NCBI GenBank assembly: GCA_965217585.1
Contig: OZ244561.1
Location: forward strand, 512,001 to 576,000
From: Candidatus Latescibacterota bacterium
GTDB lineage: Bacteria > Latescibacterota > UBA2968 > UBA8231
Direction: 5' to 3'
Length of the DNA stretch: 64,000 bases
Shown here: positions 30,373 to 41,890 of the stretch, piece by piece
Layout: every line of letters starts with the position of its first letter
How positions within the stretch are numbered: position 1 is the first letter of the stretch
Notes under the pieces: model-generated
The model's input: only the letters and a program-made list of their open reading frames with translations
What the model was told of the DNA's origin: nothing
The model's database searches: none
Made by a program: the position numbers and the translations under genes

Positions 30373-31137
30373 ATGGACCAAGACCAACTCCGCCACCTGC
30401 TAGAACAAGTCGCCACCGGTGATCTCGCGCCGAGCCAAGCCTTAGAGCGACTTAGAAATCTGCCCTTTGAAAACCTCGGGTTTGCCCACGTCGATCACCA
30501 CCGCGCCCTGCGCACTGGGTTCCCGGAAGTCATTTTCGGCCAAAGCAAGACCTGCGAGCAGGTGCTAGCCATTGCCGAGCGCATAACCGCGCATGGCGCA
30601 CAGGTGCTGGCCACCCGCGTCGAAGCGGCCACGGCCCAAGCACTCGTCGAGCGCTTTGATCGCGCCGAGCACGACCCCCTCGCCCGCACGGTCCTAGTAC
30701 CGAGGGCCGAACGGCCCGCGCCCGAGGGCCTAGTGGCCGTAGTCGCAGCCGGCACCTCGGACTTGCCCGTGGCCCGCGAAGCTGTCGTCACGGCCCGCGC
30801 CATGGGCGCGCATGTCGAGGAAGTTTGCGATGTCGGCGTCGCCGGCCTGCACCGCCTCCTAGCGTACCGCGAGCTCTTGCAGCGGGCTCAGGCCATCGTC
30901 GTGGTCGCCGGGATGGAGGGCGCGCTCGCCAGCGTCGTCGGCGGGCTGGTGGATGTTCCGGTCGTGGCCGTGCCGACTAGCGTGGGTTACGGCGCGAGTT
31001 TCCACGGCCTCGCCGCCCTCTTGGCCATGCTCAACTCCTGTGCGGCCGGCGTGGTTGTCGTCAACATCGACAACGGCTTTGGCGCTGGGTACGCAGCCGC
31101 CCAGATCAACCGCCGCCCCAGCCAGCACCCCGAATGA
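30373..31137 (+). CDS. larB: Nickel-pincer cofactor biosynthesis protein LarB
   Basis: DHHRALRTGFPEV, AGTSD, DVGVAGLHRL, AGMEGAL, PTSVGYG and NIDNGFGA motifs. Confidence 0.93.
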   Translation: MDQDQLRHLLEQVATGDLAPSQALERLRNLPFENLGFAHVDHHRALRTGFPEVIFGQSKTCEQVLAIAERITAHGAQVLATRVEAATAQALVERFDRAEHDPLARTVLVPRAERPAPEGLVAVVAAGTSDLPVAREAVVTARAMGAHVEEVCDVGVAGLHRLLAYRELLQRAQAIVVVAGMEGALASVVGGLVDVPVVAVPTSVGYGASFHGLAALLAMLNSCAAGVVVVNIDNGFGAGYAAAQINRRPSQHPE

Positions 31138-31742
31138 TCCACGTCGCCGTGCTAGCCGGCGGCCAGAGCCGACGCATGGGCCGCGACAAGGCCCTCCTGC
31201 AACTAGGCGACCAGACCCTAATCGAGCGCGTTCTCGCTGCAGCGCGTCCCCTCGGCTATCCCTGCCTCATCGTCGGCGACCCCGCCGCCTATGCCCACCT
31301 CGGGCTACCCGTCCATCCCGACCGCCACCCAGGGCTCGGGCCGTTGGGCGGCCTGCACACCGCGCTCGGCGCGACTGCCGCGCCCGTGCTCCTCCTCGCC
31401 TGCGACTTGCCCTTTCTCACCCCGGACTTCCTCCGCTACCTCGCCGACCGACGCGGGCCTCATCAAGCGGTCGTGCCCTATACGGCCGCAGGACTGCAAC
31501 CGCTCTGCGCGCTCTATGAGCCGTCCTGCTTGGCGGCCGTAGAATCCGCCATACAGGCCGGCCAGCTCGGCATGCGCAGCCTGCTGCACAATCTGAGTTT
31601 GGATTTGGTAAGGGAAAAGGACTGGCGGCCCTACGACGAGCACGGCCTGCTTTTTGCCAATCTCAACGCGCCCGAAGAGTATGAGCGGGCGCAAGCCGCA
31701 CTCCTAAAACCCGGCATCCACCACGCTCAGCACCAACAATAG
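31134..31742 (+). CDS. mobA: Molybdenum cofactor guanylyltransferase
   Basis: LAGGQSRRMGRDKA, GPLGGL, ACDLP and NLNAP motifs. Confidence 0.88.
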   Translation: MIHVAVLAGGQSRRMGRDKALLQLGDQTLIERVLAAARPLGYPCLIVGDPAAYAHLGLPVHPDRHPGLGPLGGLHTALGATAAPVLLLACDLPFLTPDFLRYLADRRGPHQAVVPYTAAGLQPLCALYEPSCLAAVESAIQAGQLGMRSLLHNLSLDLVREKDWRPYDEHGLLFANLNAPEEYERAQAALLKPGIHHAQHQQ

Positions 31743-32564
31743 CGGCAGATAGAGCACCGAAGCCTTGAGCAGTCGCCGCGCACTGGTTACCGAGCGAGAG
31801 ATACTAAGCGCGAGACCGGAGGCGAGGAACAGCGTGCCCAACACCAGCACCCCGATTAGATAGAACGACCCGGTGAGGCCCATGAACGAAGGCATCACCG
31901 AAAAAATCAGCAGCAGCACCAAGTAGCCCATGATCTGCCAGCAGGTGCTGTTCCCATCCGGCTCGACGACGGGTAGCATCTTGAAACCGCCGCGCCGATA
32001 GTCGTCGCGGAAGATCCACGCAATGGCATAGAAGTGCGGGTGCTGCCAAGCGAAGAGAATGAGAAAGAGGACCACGGCTCCCGGGTCAATCGAGCCGGTC
32101 GCCGCCGTCCAGCCCCCTACGGGCGGTAGGGCACCCGGCACGGCCCCCAGCGAGGTGTTGAGCCAATTTTGCCGCTTCATCGGCGTGTACACCACCACGT
32201 AGAGAAACGCGGAGAGCAGCGCCAAAAACGCCGTTAATAACCCAGCGGTAAAAAGCAGGAAAAACACGCCGACCAACACCAGCACAAAACCCATCGCCAG
32301 AGCCGTACCCGGCTTGACGCGCCCGGCTGGCAAGGGCCGGTTGCGGGTGCGCTTCATCAAACCATCGACATCGCGCTCCAGATACTGGTTGAGCACCGAC
32401 GAGCCGCACGTGGTCAGGCCCGTGCCGACGAGCAGGCAGCAAAAAAGCAGCGGCGCGTGGATGCCTTGCCCGCCCCAGAAAAACCCCAAGGCGGCCGTAA
32501 CCAGCACCAAAAAGGCAATTCTCGGTTTAGTCAGTTCCCAGTAGTCGTGCCAAGTAGCAGTCAT
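31704..32564 (-). CDS. cyoE: Heme o synthase (protoheme IX farnesyltransferase)
   Basis: LTKPRI, NQYLERDVDGLMKRTRNRPLP, YTPMKR and WQHPHF motifs; start re-called to 32564. Confidence 0.93.
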   Translation of the reverse strand: MTATWHDYWELTKPRIAFLVLVTAALGFFWGGQGIHAPLLFCCLLVGTGLTTCGSSVLNQYLERDVDGLMKRTRNRPLPAGRVKPGTALAMGFVLVLVGVFFLLFTAGLLTAFLALLSAFLYVVVYTPMKRQNWLNTSLGAVPGALPPVGGWTAATGSIDPGAVVLFLILFAWQHPHFYAIAWIFRDDYRRGGFKMLPVVEPDGNSTCWQIMGYLVLLLIFSVMPSFMGLTGSFYLIGVLVLGTLFLASGLALSISRSVTSARRLLKASVLYLPLLLVLSVVDAGF

Positions 32565-32618
32565 ATCTATCTCGTTCCGCGACAAAAATATAACGCCAGA
32601 TCCATCGACTGACAATAA

Positions 32619-34987
<2,369 letters not shown>

Positions 34988-34995
34988 CTCCTAGA

Positions 34996-36432
34996 TCAGG
35001 CCAACGACGCAAATTCCCATTCCTCCAATTCCACCATCTCCTCCACTGCCACCGGCACTCCCACCCCCAAACCCGCCACTTGCAGCGACCCTACCTCGAT
35101 CTTTCCTCCCTGCACATCCAAGGCTACCAACCCACCGCCCACCGCCCGATAGAGCTTCCCGTGCGTGGCTAAGCAGGCCGCTTGCTCGTCCGCGGTCAAG
35201 TGATCCAACCCCCGCACGTAGTGGTGCCCGTTGCGCTCGACGTGTCCGATCCCCAGCGCCGCCACGTGCGCCAAATCCTGGTGCAGAGGCACCACCGGCA
35301 AGTTCATCAGGTCCTCGCCCGAGAGAAAACAGCCCTCCCGCCGCCGCGCCAACGCCAGATTGGCCAGCGCCTTGACCAGCCCTTTGCACGCCTTGGACGA
35401 AACGCCCGCGTATCCCAGCGCCAAGGCTTGGCGGAAGGTGTCCAGCGCATCGTCTGACTCGTCGATGAGCAAGGGACGACGCGCCGCGGCGGCCCGGATG
35501 CCCGGTTCTAGGGCAGCATCCAAAGCCACGCTCCGCTCAAGGGGCTGCTCGACGTAGAGAATGCTCTCGTACAAACGCGGCTGCTTGGCTGCAATGCCAT
35601 CGATCAAACCAATGAGCGAATCCATTTCCCGGTATTGCTCGTTGCCATCGAGCGAGACCTTGTACTCGGCATCGCGCCCGTCTAACAACTCGGCAATCGC
35701 GGCCAACCGCGCCAAGTCGGCCTCCAAGTCGCCGTTCACCTTGACCTTGAAGTACGTCAGTCCCTGGTGCTCGACGCAATCGGCCAGCGACTGCGGCAAC
35801 CCGTCCTCCAACCGCTCCTCGGGCGCAATATCGCTTGGGACAATCGGATCGGCCAATCCCACTGTGTGCCGCACGTGCAATTGCGCCAGCGGCGCAGCCC
35901 CTAGCATTTGGCCGGGTTCCACCCCTTGCAGCTCGGGGTGAATCGCCCCCAGCTCCAAGCCGAGGAGATTGGCCTTGAGCAACTCGAAGTAACTCGCGCC
36001 CACACCGCATCCCACCGCGTCGATCAGGGCGCGTTCCATCAGCGTACTGCCGTGGACGGCCGTCAGCCGATTCAAGCCGTGCGCGTCGCCAGCGGATACC
36101 GTCTGCGCATAACCGGCCTGCCAGATTGCAAAGAATGGCTTGGGCGACCGCGCCGCATCCAAATACGCCGACCGCGCCGCACGCGCCGCCCACAGCAAGT
36201 CGGCGACATTGTCTTCGTAGCTTTTGGCTGGGTCCTTGTCGAACCACTTAGGTGGAAGAATGTCGGCTGCAACTCCTTGTACCGGAGTGCCGTTTTTTAG
36301 CACGCCCTGAGCCACTACGTGAAGAATTGGCACGGCAGTCAGCACGGCCGCCCCGTATTTGAAGGGCATGCGGGTATGCACATTCCGCATGTAGAACCGC
36401 ACGTCTTCAAGCCTTATTTCTACGGCATTCAC
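34996..36432 (-). CDS. Uncharacterised enolase-superfamily protein, paralog 1
   Basis: YFKVKV (KxK), LDGNE, YVEQP, IDESD and SSKACKG motifs. Confidence 0.8.
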   Translation of the reverse strand: MNAVEIRLEDVRFYMRNVHTRMPFKYGAAVLTAVPILHVVAQGVLKNGTPVQGVAADILPPKWFDKDPAKSYEDNVADLLWAARAARSAYLDAARSPKPFFAIWQAGYAQTVSAGDAHGLNRLTAVHGSTLMERALIDAVGCGVGASYFELLKANLLGLELGAIHPELQGVEPGQMLGAAPLAQLHVRHTVGLADPIVPSDIAPEERLEDGLPQSLADCVEHQGLTYFKVKVNGDLEADLARLAAIAELLDGRDAEYKVSLDGNEQYREMDSLIGLIDGIAAKQPRLYESILYVEQPLERSVALDAALEPGIRAAAARRPLLIDESDDALDTFRQALALGYAGVSSKACKGLVKALANLALARRREGCFLSGEDLMNLPVVPLHQDLAHVAALGIGHVERNGHHYVRGLDHLTADEQAACLATHGKLYRAVGGGLVALDVQGGKIEVGSLQVAGLGVGVPVAVEEMVELEEWEFASLA

Positions 36433-37856
36433 GACAATCGCGCCTCCGCCAGCGGCTGCATAGCTGCGATATCGACCGCGCCATCAACCCCGAGACCAGG
36501 CCGTTGTAGGGAACCGACCGCGATCTGGCCGTCGCGAATATCGAGAAAGCCGCTCTGGCCCTCGGAGCGGTACAGATCGCCGTGCCGATCAAAGCACCAC
36601 GCCCGCTCAGCGGCCGACAAGTGATCTAGCCCCCGCACGTAGTGGTGCCCATTGCGCTCGACGTGCCCGATCCCCAACGCCGCCACGTGCGCCAAATCCT
36701 GGTGCAGAGATACCACCGGCACCGCGGTCAGATCCTCGGCCGCGACAAAACAGGGGCGACCCGCGGCCGTGCGCTGCCAAGCGAGCGCGCTGTTGGCCAG
36801 CGCCTTGACCAAACCTTTGCAACTCTTGGACGAGACGCCGCTGTAGCCCAAGTCCAACGCGCGGCGGAAGGAATCCAAGGATTCGTCCGACTCGTCGATC
36901 AGCAGGGGGCGTTTCGCCGCCAAAACCCCGAGGTCGCTTTTTAGGGCGGGATCGAGGGAAAGGGCGCGGTCCATGGGCTGCTCGACGTAGAGGATGCGGT
37001 GGTAAAATCCCCCCAGGCCCTTTTCAACCCGCTCCAACAAGGCCAGCAAATCGGCTGCGTTGCCGTACTGCTCGTTGCCGTCGAGCGTAATGTGGTACTC
37101 CGCGCCGCTCTCGTCCAGGAGCGAGGCGATCTCCGCTAAGCGGTCGAAGTCTGCTGCGGGATCGCCGCCGATCTTGATCTTGAAATAGCGCAGGCCCTGG
37201 CACTGAATGCATTCCTCCAAGGACTGCGGCAACCCGTCGTCCAACCGCTCCTCGGGCCCAATCGCTGCCGTGCGGATGGGATCGACCAAGCCGACCGTAT
37301 GGCGGATGTACAGCGAGCGCACCGGCGTCGTTGGTAGCACTGCCGCAAGCTCCAGCCCTTCTAATTCTGGGTGAATCCTCCCCAGCACCAACCCGAGGAC
37401 ATTGTCCTGCAACAGCGCAAAATAGGGCTGCCCCAGCGCGACCCCCAAGCCGTCTATGAGTGCCCGCTCCATCAGGGCCGCGCCGTTGGACGCCAGCAGG
37501 TCGTTCGTACCCCGCGCCCGGCCCCACGCTCGACTGGCCTCGTAGCCCGCCTCCCATATTGCGAATGCAGTCGCGCCGGCGCGACCCGACTCCCGATAAG
37601 CAGCGGCGGCCGCTCGCGCTCCATCCACCAAGTCCCGGATGCCCTCGGCCATCGACTTGCTTGGGTCTTTGTCGAACCACCTAGGCGACAGCATGTCCGC
37701 GGACCAACCCCGCGCCCGCTGGCCATTGCCCAGCTCTAGATCCATGGCCACGTGCAGCGCGGTCAGGCTATCAGCGACCACATTGCCAAACTTAAACGGC
37801 ATGCGCATCGGCATGTCGCGCACGTAAAATTCGATGTCTTTAATCGTTACTAGCAT
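36429..37856 (-). CDS. Uncharacterised enolase-superfamily protein, paralog 2
   Basis: YFKIKI, LDGNE, YVEQP, IDESD and SSKSCKG motifs; start re-called to 37856, overlapping the argH stop. Confidence 0.8.
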   Translation of the reverse strand: MLVTIKDIEFYVRDMPMRMPFKFGNVVADSLTALHVAMDLELGNGQRARGWSADMLSPRWFDKDPSKSMAEGIRDLVDGARAAAAAYRESGRAGATAFAIWEAGYEASRAWGRARGTNDLLASNGAALMERALIDGLGVALGQPYFALLQDNVLGLVLGRIHPELEGLELAAVLPTTPVRSLYIRHTVGLVDPIRTAAIGPEERLDDGLPQSLEECIQCQGLRYFKIKIGGDPAADFDRLAEIASLLDESGAEYHITLDGNEQYGNAADLLALLERVEKGLGGFYHRILYVEQPMDRALSLDPALKSDLGVLAAKRPLLIDESDESLDSFRRALDLGYSGVSSKSCKGLVKALANSALAWQRTAAGRPCFVAAEDLTAVPVVSLHQDLAHVAALGIGHVERNGHHYVRGLDHLSAAERAWCFDRHGDLYRSEGQSGFLDIRDGQIAVGSLQRPGLGVDGAVDIAAMQPLAEARLS

Positions 37857-39247
37857 TCGGCTCCGTTCGCGGCCCATGCCCGCCGCGCCTTCTCCATTTG
37901 TTCGGCCACGGCCTGCGGGCCAGTTCCACCCTCTATATTGCGGCGCGCCAAGCTGTGGCGCACATCGAGCAGGCCGAGCGCGTCCTCGCCAAAATCCGCG
38001 CTGTGTGCGCGCAGATCGTCCAAGCTAAGGTCGGTGAGGGCCCGGCCTTGCTCTAGCGCGGCCCGCACCAAGCGGCCAACGACGCGATGGGCCTCGCGGA
38101 AAGGTACGCCTTGGCCGACCAAATAGTCGGCCAGATCCGTTGCCAAGGCCGTGGAATCCACCGCGGACTCCATCCGCTCGGCGCGCACCTCCATGCTCTC
38201 CCAAGCACCAGCGAAAACCTCTAGGCAAATGGCCGACGTTTCCAGCGCATCGAAGAGCGGTTCCTTGTCTTCCTGCAGATCCTTGGAGTATGTCAACGGC
38301 ACGGCCTTCATCGTCGTCAGCAACGCCATCAAGCTGCCGTACACTCGGCCGGTCTTGCCGCGCACCAACTCCAGCGCGTCCGGGTTTTTCTTTTGCGGCA
38401 TCATGCTAGAGCCGGTGGCAAAGTGATCGTCGAGCTCGACAAAGCCAAACTCCGCCGACGACCAGAGGATCAGATCCTCGCAGAAGCGGCTCAAGTGCAT
38501 CATTAGAATCGCCAGCGCGGACAGGGTCTCGAGCAGAAAATCGCGGTCGCTGACCGCGTCGAGGCTATTGGGGGTCACCTGCGAGAACCCAAGTTCCTGG
38601 GCGAGGAACGCCCGGTCGAGCGGAAACGCGCTCCCGGCCAATGCCCCGGAACCCAACGGCAGAAAGTCGGCCCGCCGCCAAGCGTCCCCCAGCCGCCCTC
38701 GATCGCGCTCCAGCATCCAGAACAGCGACAGCGCGTAGTGGGGGAAAAGAACCGGTTGTGCCTGTTGTAAGTGAGTGTAGCCGGGCAGCACCACGCGGCT
38801 GTGCCGCTCGCCCGACGCTAGCAGCACGCCTTGCAGGTGGCGAATTTGCGCCTGGAGCGACGCAATCGCACCCCGCAGGTAGAGCCGCTCATCTAAGTTG
38901 ACTTGGTCGTTGCGGCTGCGCCCAGTGTGCAGCTTGCCCCCGACCGGCCCGATCAGCTCGGTCAGCCGCTGCTCCACGGCCATATGGATGTCTTCAAGCG
39001 CGTCGGAGAGCACGCAGTCTGGGGCTGAAAATTCTTCCTGCACCTGCTTTAGCCCCGCTTCCATCTTCTCCAGCTCCCCAGCACTGAGGACGCCGGCCCG
39101 CTTAAGGGCGCGGGCGTAGGCCACGCTGCCCGCAATATCGGCCTCCAACAGCTTGCGGTCGAAGCCAATAGAGGCGTTGAAGCGCTCCATCAGCTCGGCC
39201 GGCGCGGACTGGAACCGCCCGCCCCAAGGCGTTTGTACCTCGGCCAT
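37850..39247 (-). CDS. argH: Argininosuccinate lyase
   Basis: WGGRF, HTGRSRNDQ and GSSMMPQKKNPD motifs. Confidence 0.96.
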   Translation of the reverse strand: MAEVQTPWGGRFQSAPAELMERFNASIGFDRKLLEADIAGSVAYARALKRAGVLSAGELEKMEAGLKQVQEEFSAPDCVLSDALEDIHMAVEQRLTELIGPVGGKLHTGRSRNDQVNLDERLYLRGAIASLQAQIRHLQGVLLASGERHSRVVLPGYTHLQQAQPVLFPHYALSLFWMLERDRGRLGDAWRRADFLPLGSGALAGSAFPLDRAFLAQELGFSQVTPNSLDAVSDRDFLLETLSALAILMMHLSRFCEDLILWSSAEFGFVELDDHFATGSSMMPQKKNPDALELVRGKTGRVYGSLMALLTTMKAVPLTYSKDLQEDKEPLFDALETSAICLEVFAGAWESMEVRAERMESAVDSTALATDLADYLVGQGVPFREAHRVVGRLVRAALEQGRALTDLSLDDLRAHSADFGEDALGLLDVRHSLARRNIEGGTGPQAVAEQMEKARRAWAANGAEC

Positions 39248-40443
39248 CAGACACCTTGGCGCAAGATCTCGTCGAATACATCTACTGCCTCGTCGAGCCG
39301 ATCCCGCTCGACGACCAGCGGCGGCAGGAAGCGCACCACATCGGCCCCAGCCGTGGCCACCAAGATGTCGCGTTGGCGGAAGGCGGCCAGATAGTCGGCG
39401 GCCGGCTGGTGGGTGACCGCGCCGGCGATCAGCCCTTTGCCGCGGATTTCGGCGATGTGCTCAGGCCAGCGCTGTTGCAGCTTTTGCAGACGACCGATCA
39501 GGTATTCGCCTTTTTCGCGCACCCCGTCGATAAAACCCGGCTCCAGCAGCTTGCCCAAGACCGCAGTCGCCGCGGCGCAGGCCACGGGATTGGCGCCGAA
39601 CGTCGCGGCGTGGTCGCCGGCCTCGATGGCGTCGGCCACCTTCTGCCGCAAGAGCGCGACGCCGATCGGCAAGCCACCGCCGAGCGCCTTGGCCAAGGTC
39701 ATAATATCCGGCTCAACCTCGTATTGTTGATAGGCCCACAGCGAGCCTAAGCGCCCGCACCCCACTTGGATCTCGTCGAAGACCAGCAGCATATCCCGCT
39801 CGTCGCACAAGTGCCTCAGCCCGGTGAGAAATTCCCCAGTCGCGGCGTGAATCCCACCCTCGGCCTGCACCGGCTCGACCAAAATCGCGCAGGTCTGATC
39901 CGTGACCAGCGACTCTACGGAGGCCAAATCGTTGAATTGGGCGAAGTCGATGCCCGGCAGCAGCGGCTCGAATCCCTTGTGGTACTTGGGCTGGCCGGTC
40001 GTCGAGATGGATCCATACGTCCGCCCGTGAAAGGAATTTTCAAAGGCGATGAGGCGGTTTTTGGGCGGGTCGTGGGTAGTGTTGCCCCACTTGCGGCAGA
40101 ACTTGAGCGAAGCCTCCCATGCCTCGGTGCCGCTGTTGCAGAAGAACACCCGGTCGGCAAACGAGTGCTCGACCAGCCGCTTCGCCACCTCGACCGAGGG
40201 GATCGTGTGGTAGAGGTTGGACACGTGCATCAGCTTGGCGGCCTGCGCCTCAATGGCCTTGAGCACTCCGTAGTCGCCGTAGCCCAACGCGTTGACTGCC
40301 AAGCCGCTGACAAAATCGAGGTAGCGGTTGCCGTCCATGTCGAAGAGATAGACCCCATTGCCCCTTTCTAGTACGAACTCGGGCCGGCCGTAGGTCTGCA
40401 AAATGTACTGTGCCTCGCCCTTGATAATATCTTCGGTTTTCAT
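39247..40443 (-). CDS. argD: Acetylornithine aminotransferase
   Basis: FCNSGTEA, FHGRT, FDEIQVG and TLAKALGGG motifs; start re-called to 40443. Confidence 0.93.
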   Translation of the reverse strand: MKTEDIIKGEAQYILQTYGRPEFVLERGNGVYLFDMDGNRYLDFVSGLAVNALGYGDYGVLKAIEAQAAKLMHVSNLYHTIPSVEVAKRLVEHSFADRVFFCNSGTEAWEASLKFCRKWGNTTHDPPKNRLIAFENSFHGRTYGSISTTGQPKYHKGFEPLLPGIDFAQFNDLASVESLVTDQTCAILVEPVQAEGGIHAATGEFLTGLRHLCDERDMLLVFDEIQVGCGRLGSLWAYQQYEVEPDIMTLAKALGGGLPIGVALLRQKVADAIEAGDHAATFGANPVACAAATAVLGKLLEPGFIDGVREKGEYLIGRLQKLQQRWPEHIAEIRGKGLIAGAVTHQPAADYLAAFRQRDILVATAGADVVRFLPPLVVERDRLDEAVDVFDEILRQGV

Positions 40444-40459
40444 GGTTGTCTCCGTCGTC

Positions 40460-41347
40460 CTACTGGACAATTTGGGTGCCAATGCCCTGCCGGGTGTAAA
40501 ACTCGAGTAACATCGCATGCGGCACGCGCCCGTCGATGACGTGGGTTTTGCGCACGCCGGCTTTGACGGACCTGACACAGGCTTCGACTTTGGGAATCAT
40601 CCCACCGAAGATCACGCCTTGGTCAATCAGCTCGCCCACCTCAGAAACGCGCACGGTTGACAGCAGGGACGCATCGTCTTCGAGATCGCGCATAATGCCC
40701 TGTACGTCCGTCAAAAAAACCAATTTCTCGGCGTGCAGAGCCGCGGCGATTTCCCCGGCCGCTGTATCGGCATTGACGTTGAAGCTCTCGCCCTCCGGGC
40801 CGCGGCCAATCGGCGCAAGCACCGGGATCATGCCCTTGTCTATCAAGTCCAACAAAGGCGCGGTATCCACGTGCTTGACATTGCCGACATAGCCGATGTC
40901 CATGGCACCGCCATCGGTCTGGGCCCAGTGCTTGCGCACCTGCATGATCCCGGCGTCTTTGGCCGAGACGCCCACGGCCCGCCCGTCAAGCTCGCCGATC
41001 TCGCGGACGATCCGAGCGTTGACCTCGCCAAAGAGTACATCCTCAACCACCTTCATAGTCGTCGCGTCCGTCACCCGCAGCCCAGCTACGCGCTGGCTCT
41101 CAATGCCTAGCTCCTGCAGGCGTCGGGTGATGGCCGGGCCGCCACCGTGGACCACGACCGGACAGATGCCGACCGTCTGCATGAAGACGATATCCTTGTG
41201 TACGGTGTCCCCACCGCCCATGGTGCTGCCGCCATATTTGACGACCATTACTTTGCCGCGGAATTCCTGTAGGTAAGGCAACGCCTCGATCAGGGTCTCG
41301 GCTTTGTCAATCTGGGCCTGCAAGCCCTGCAAGACCTCGGCGTCCAT
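40460..41347 (-). CDS. argB: Acetylglutamate kinase
   Basis: VVKYGG, VHGGGP, NVNAD and GGMIPKV motifs; start re-called to 41347. Confidence 0.95.
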   Translation of the reverse strand: MDAEVLQGLQAQIDKAETLIEALPYLQEFRGKVMVVKYGGSTMGGGDTVHKDIVFMQTVGICPVVVHGGGPAITRRLQELGIESQRVAGLRVTDATTMKVVEDVLFGEVNARIVREIGELDGRAVGVSAKDAGIMQVRKHWAQTDGGAMDIGYVGNVKHVDTAPLLDLIDKGMIPVLAPIGRGPEGESFNVNADTAAGEIAAALHAEKLVFLTDVQGIMRDLEDDASLLSTVRVSEVGELIDQGVIFGGMIPKVEACVRSVKAGVRKTHVIDGRVPHAMLLEFYTRQGIGTQIVQ

Positions 41348-41814
41348 TACTCCTCCTCGCCGCACACCGTGTTGATCTTATCGACTAACTTCGCTGCATC
41401 TTGCTCGGAACGGGTGACGATAAAGATGGTGTTTTCGCCGGCAAGCGTGCCCGCGATCTCGGCCCAACCAATGCGATCAATGGCCTCACAGACGCTTTGG
41501 GCGTGCCCCGACGAGGTCCGCACCAGCACCATGTTGATTACCTGTTCGGTCTGGACCAAGAAGTCCTGTAACTCTCTCTCCAGAATGTGCAGGTCGCGCA
41601 GCGTGGCCCCAGCTTCGGGCAGCGTATAGCGAAATCCCCCATCGGCCTGCGGCACCCGGACCACGCCTATTTCGCGCAAGTCTTTCGACAAGGTCGACTG
41701 GCTGACCTCGATGCCCTGTTGCTGGAGAACCTCGGCCAATTTCTCGTGCGTATCAATGGCCCTTCTGTAGAGCAGCTCCCGTATGCGGGTCTGCCGCATC
41801 TGTTTGTTGCGCAT
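41347..41814 (-). CDS. argR: Arginine repressor
   Basis: VSQSTLSKDLREIG and GTLAGENTIF motifs; heads the arg operon. Confidence 0.92.
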   Translation of the reverse strand: MRNKQMRQTRIRELLYRRAIDTHEKLAEVLQQQGIEVSQSTLSKDLREIGVVRVPQADGGFRYTLPEAGATLRDLHILERELQDFLVQTEQVINMVLVRTSSGHAQSVCEAIDRIGWAEIAGTLAGENTIFIVTRSEQDAAKLVDKINTVCGEEE

Positions 41815-41845
41815 AATCTTTATGATTTAATTGAAATAAAAATTG

Positions 41846-41874
41846 AAGTTAGATTGCCGCAGAGACTGTGTCAA
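41846..41874 (-). promoter_or_regulatory. arg operon promoter TTGACA-N17-TAACTT followed by an AT-rich ARG-box-like tract
   Basis: Consensus -35 and 17-bp spacer; GAAATAAAAATTGA (41833-41846) only weakly matches TGAATAAAAATTCA. Confidence 0.6.
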
Positions 41875-41890
41875 GCAAGGCGTAATCGCG

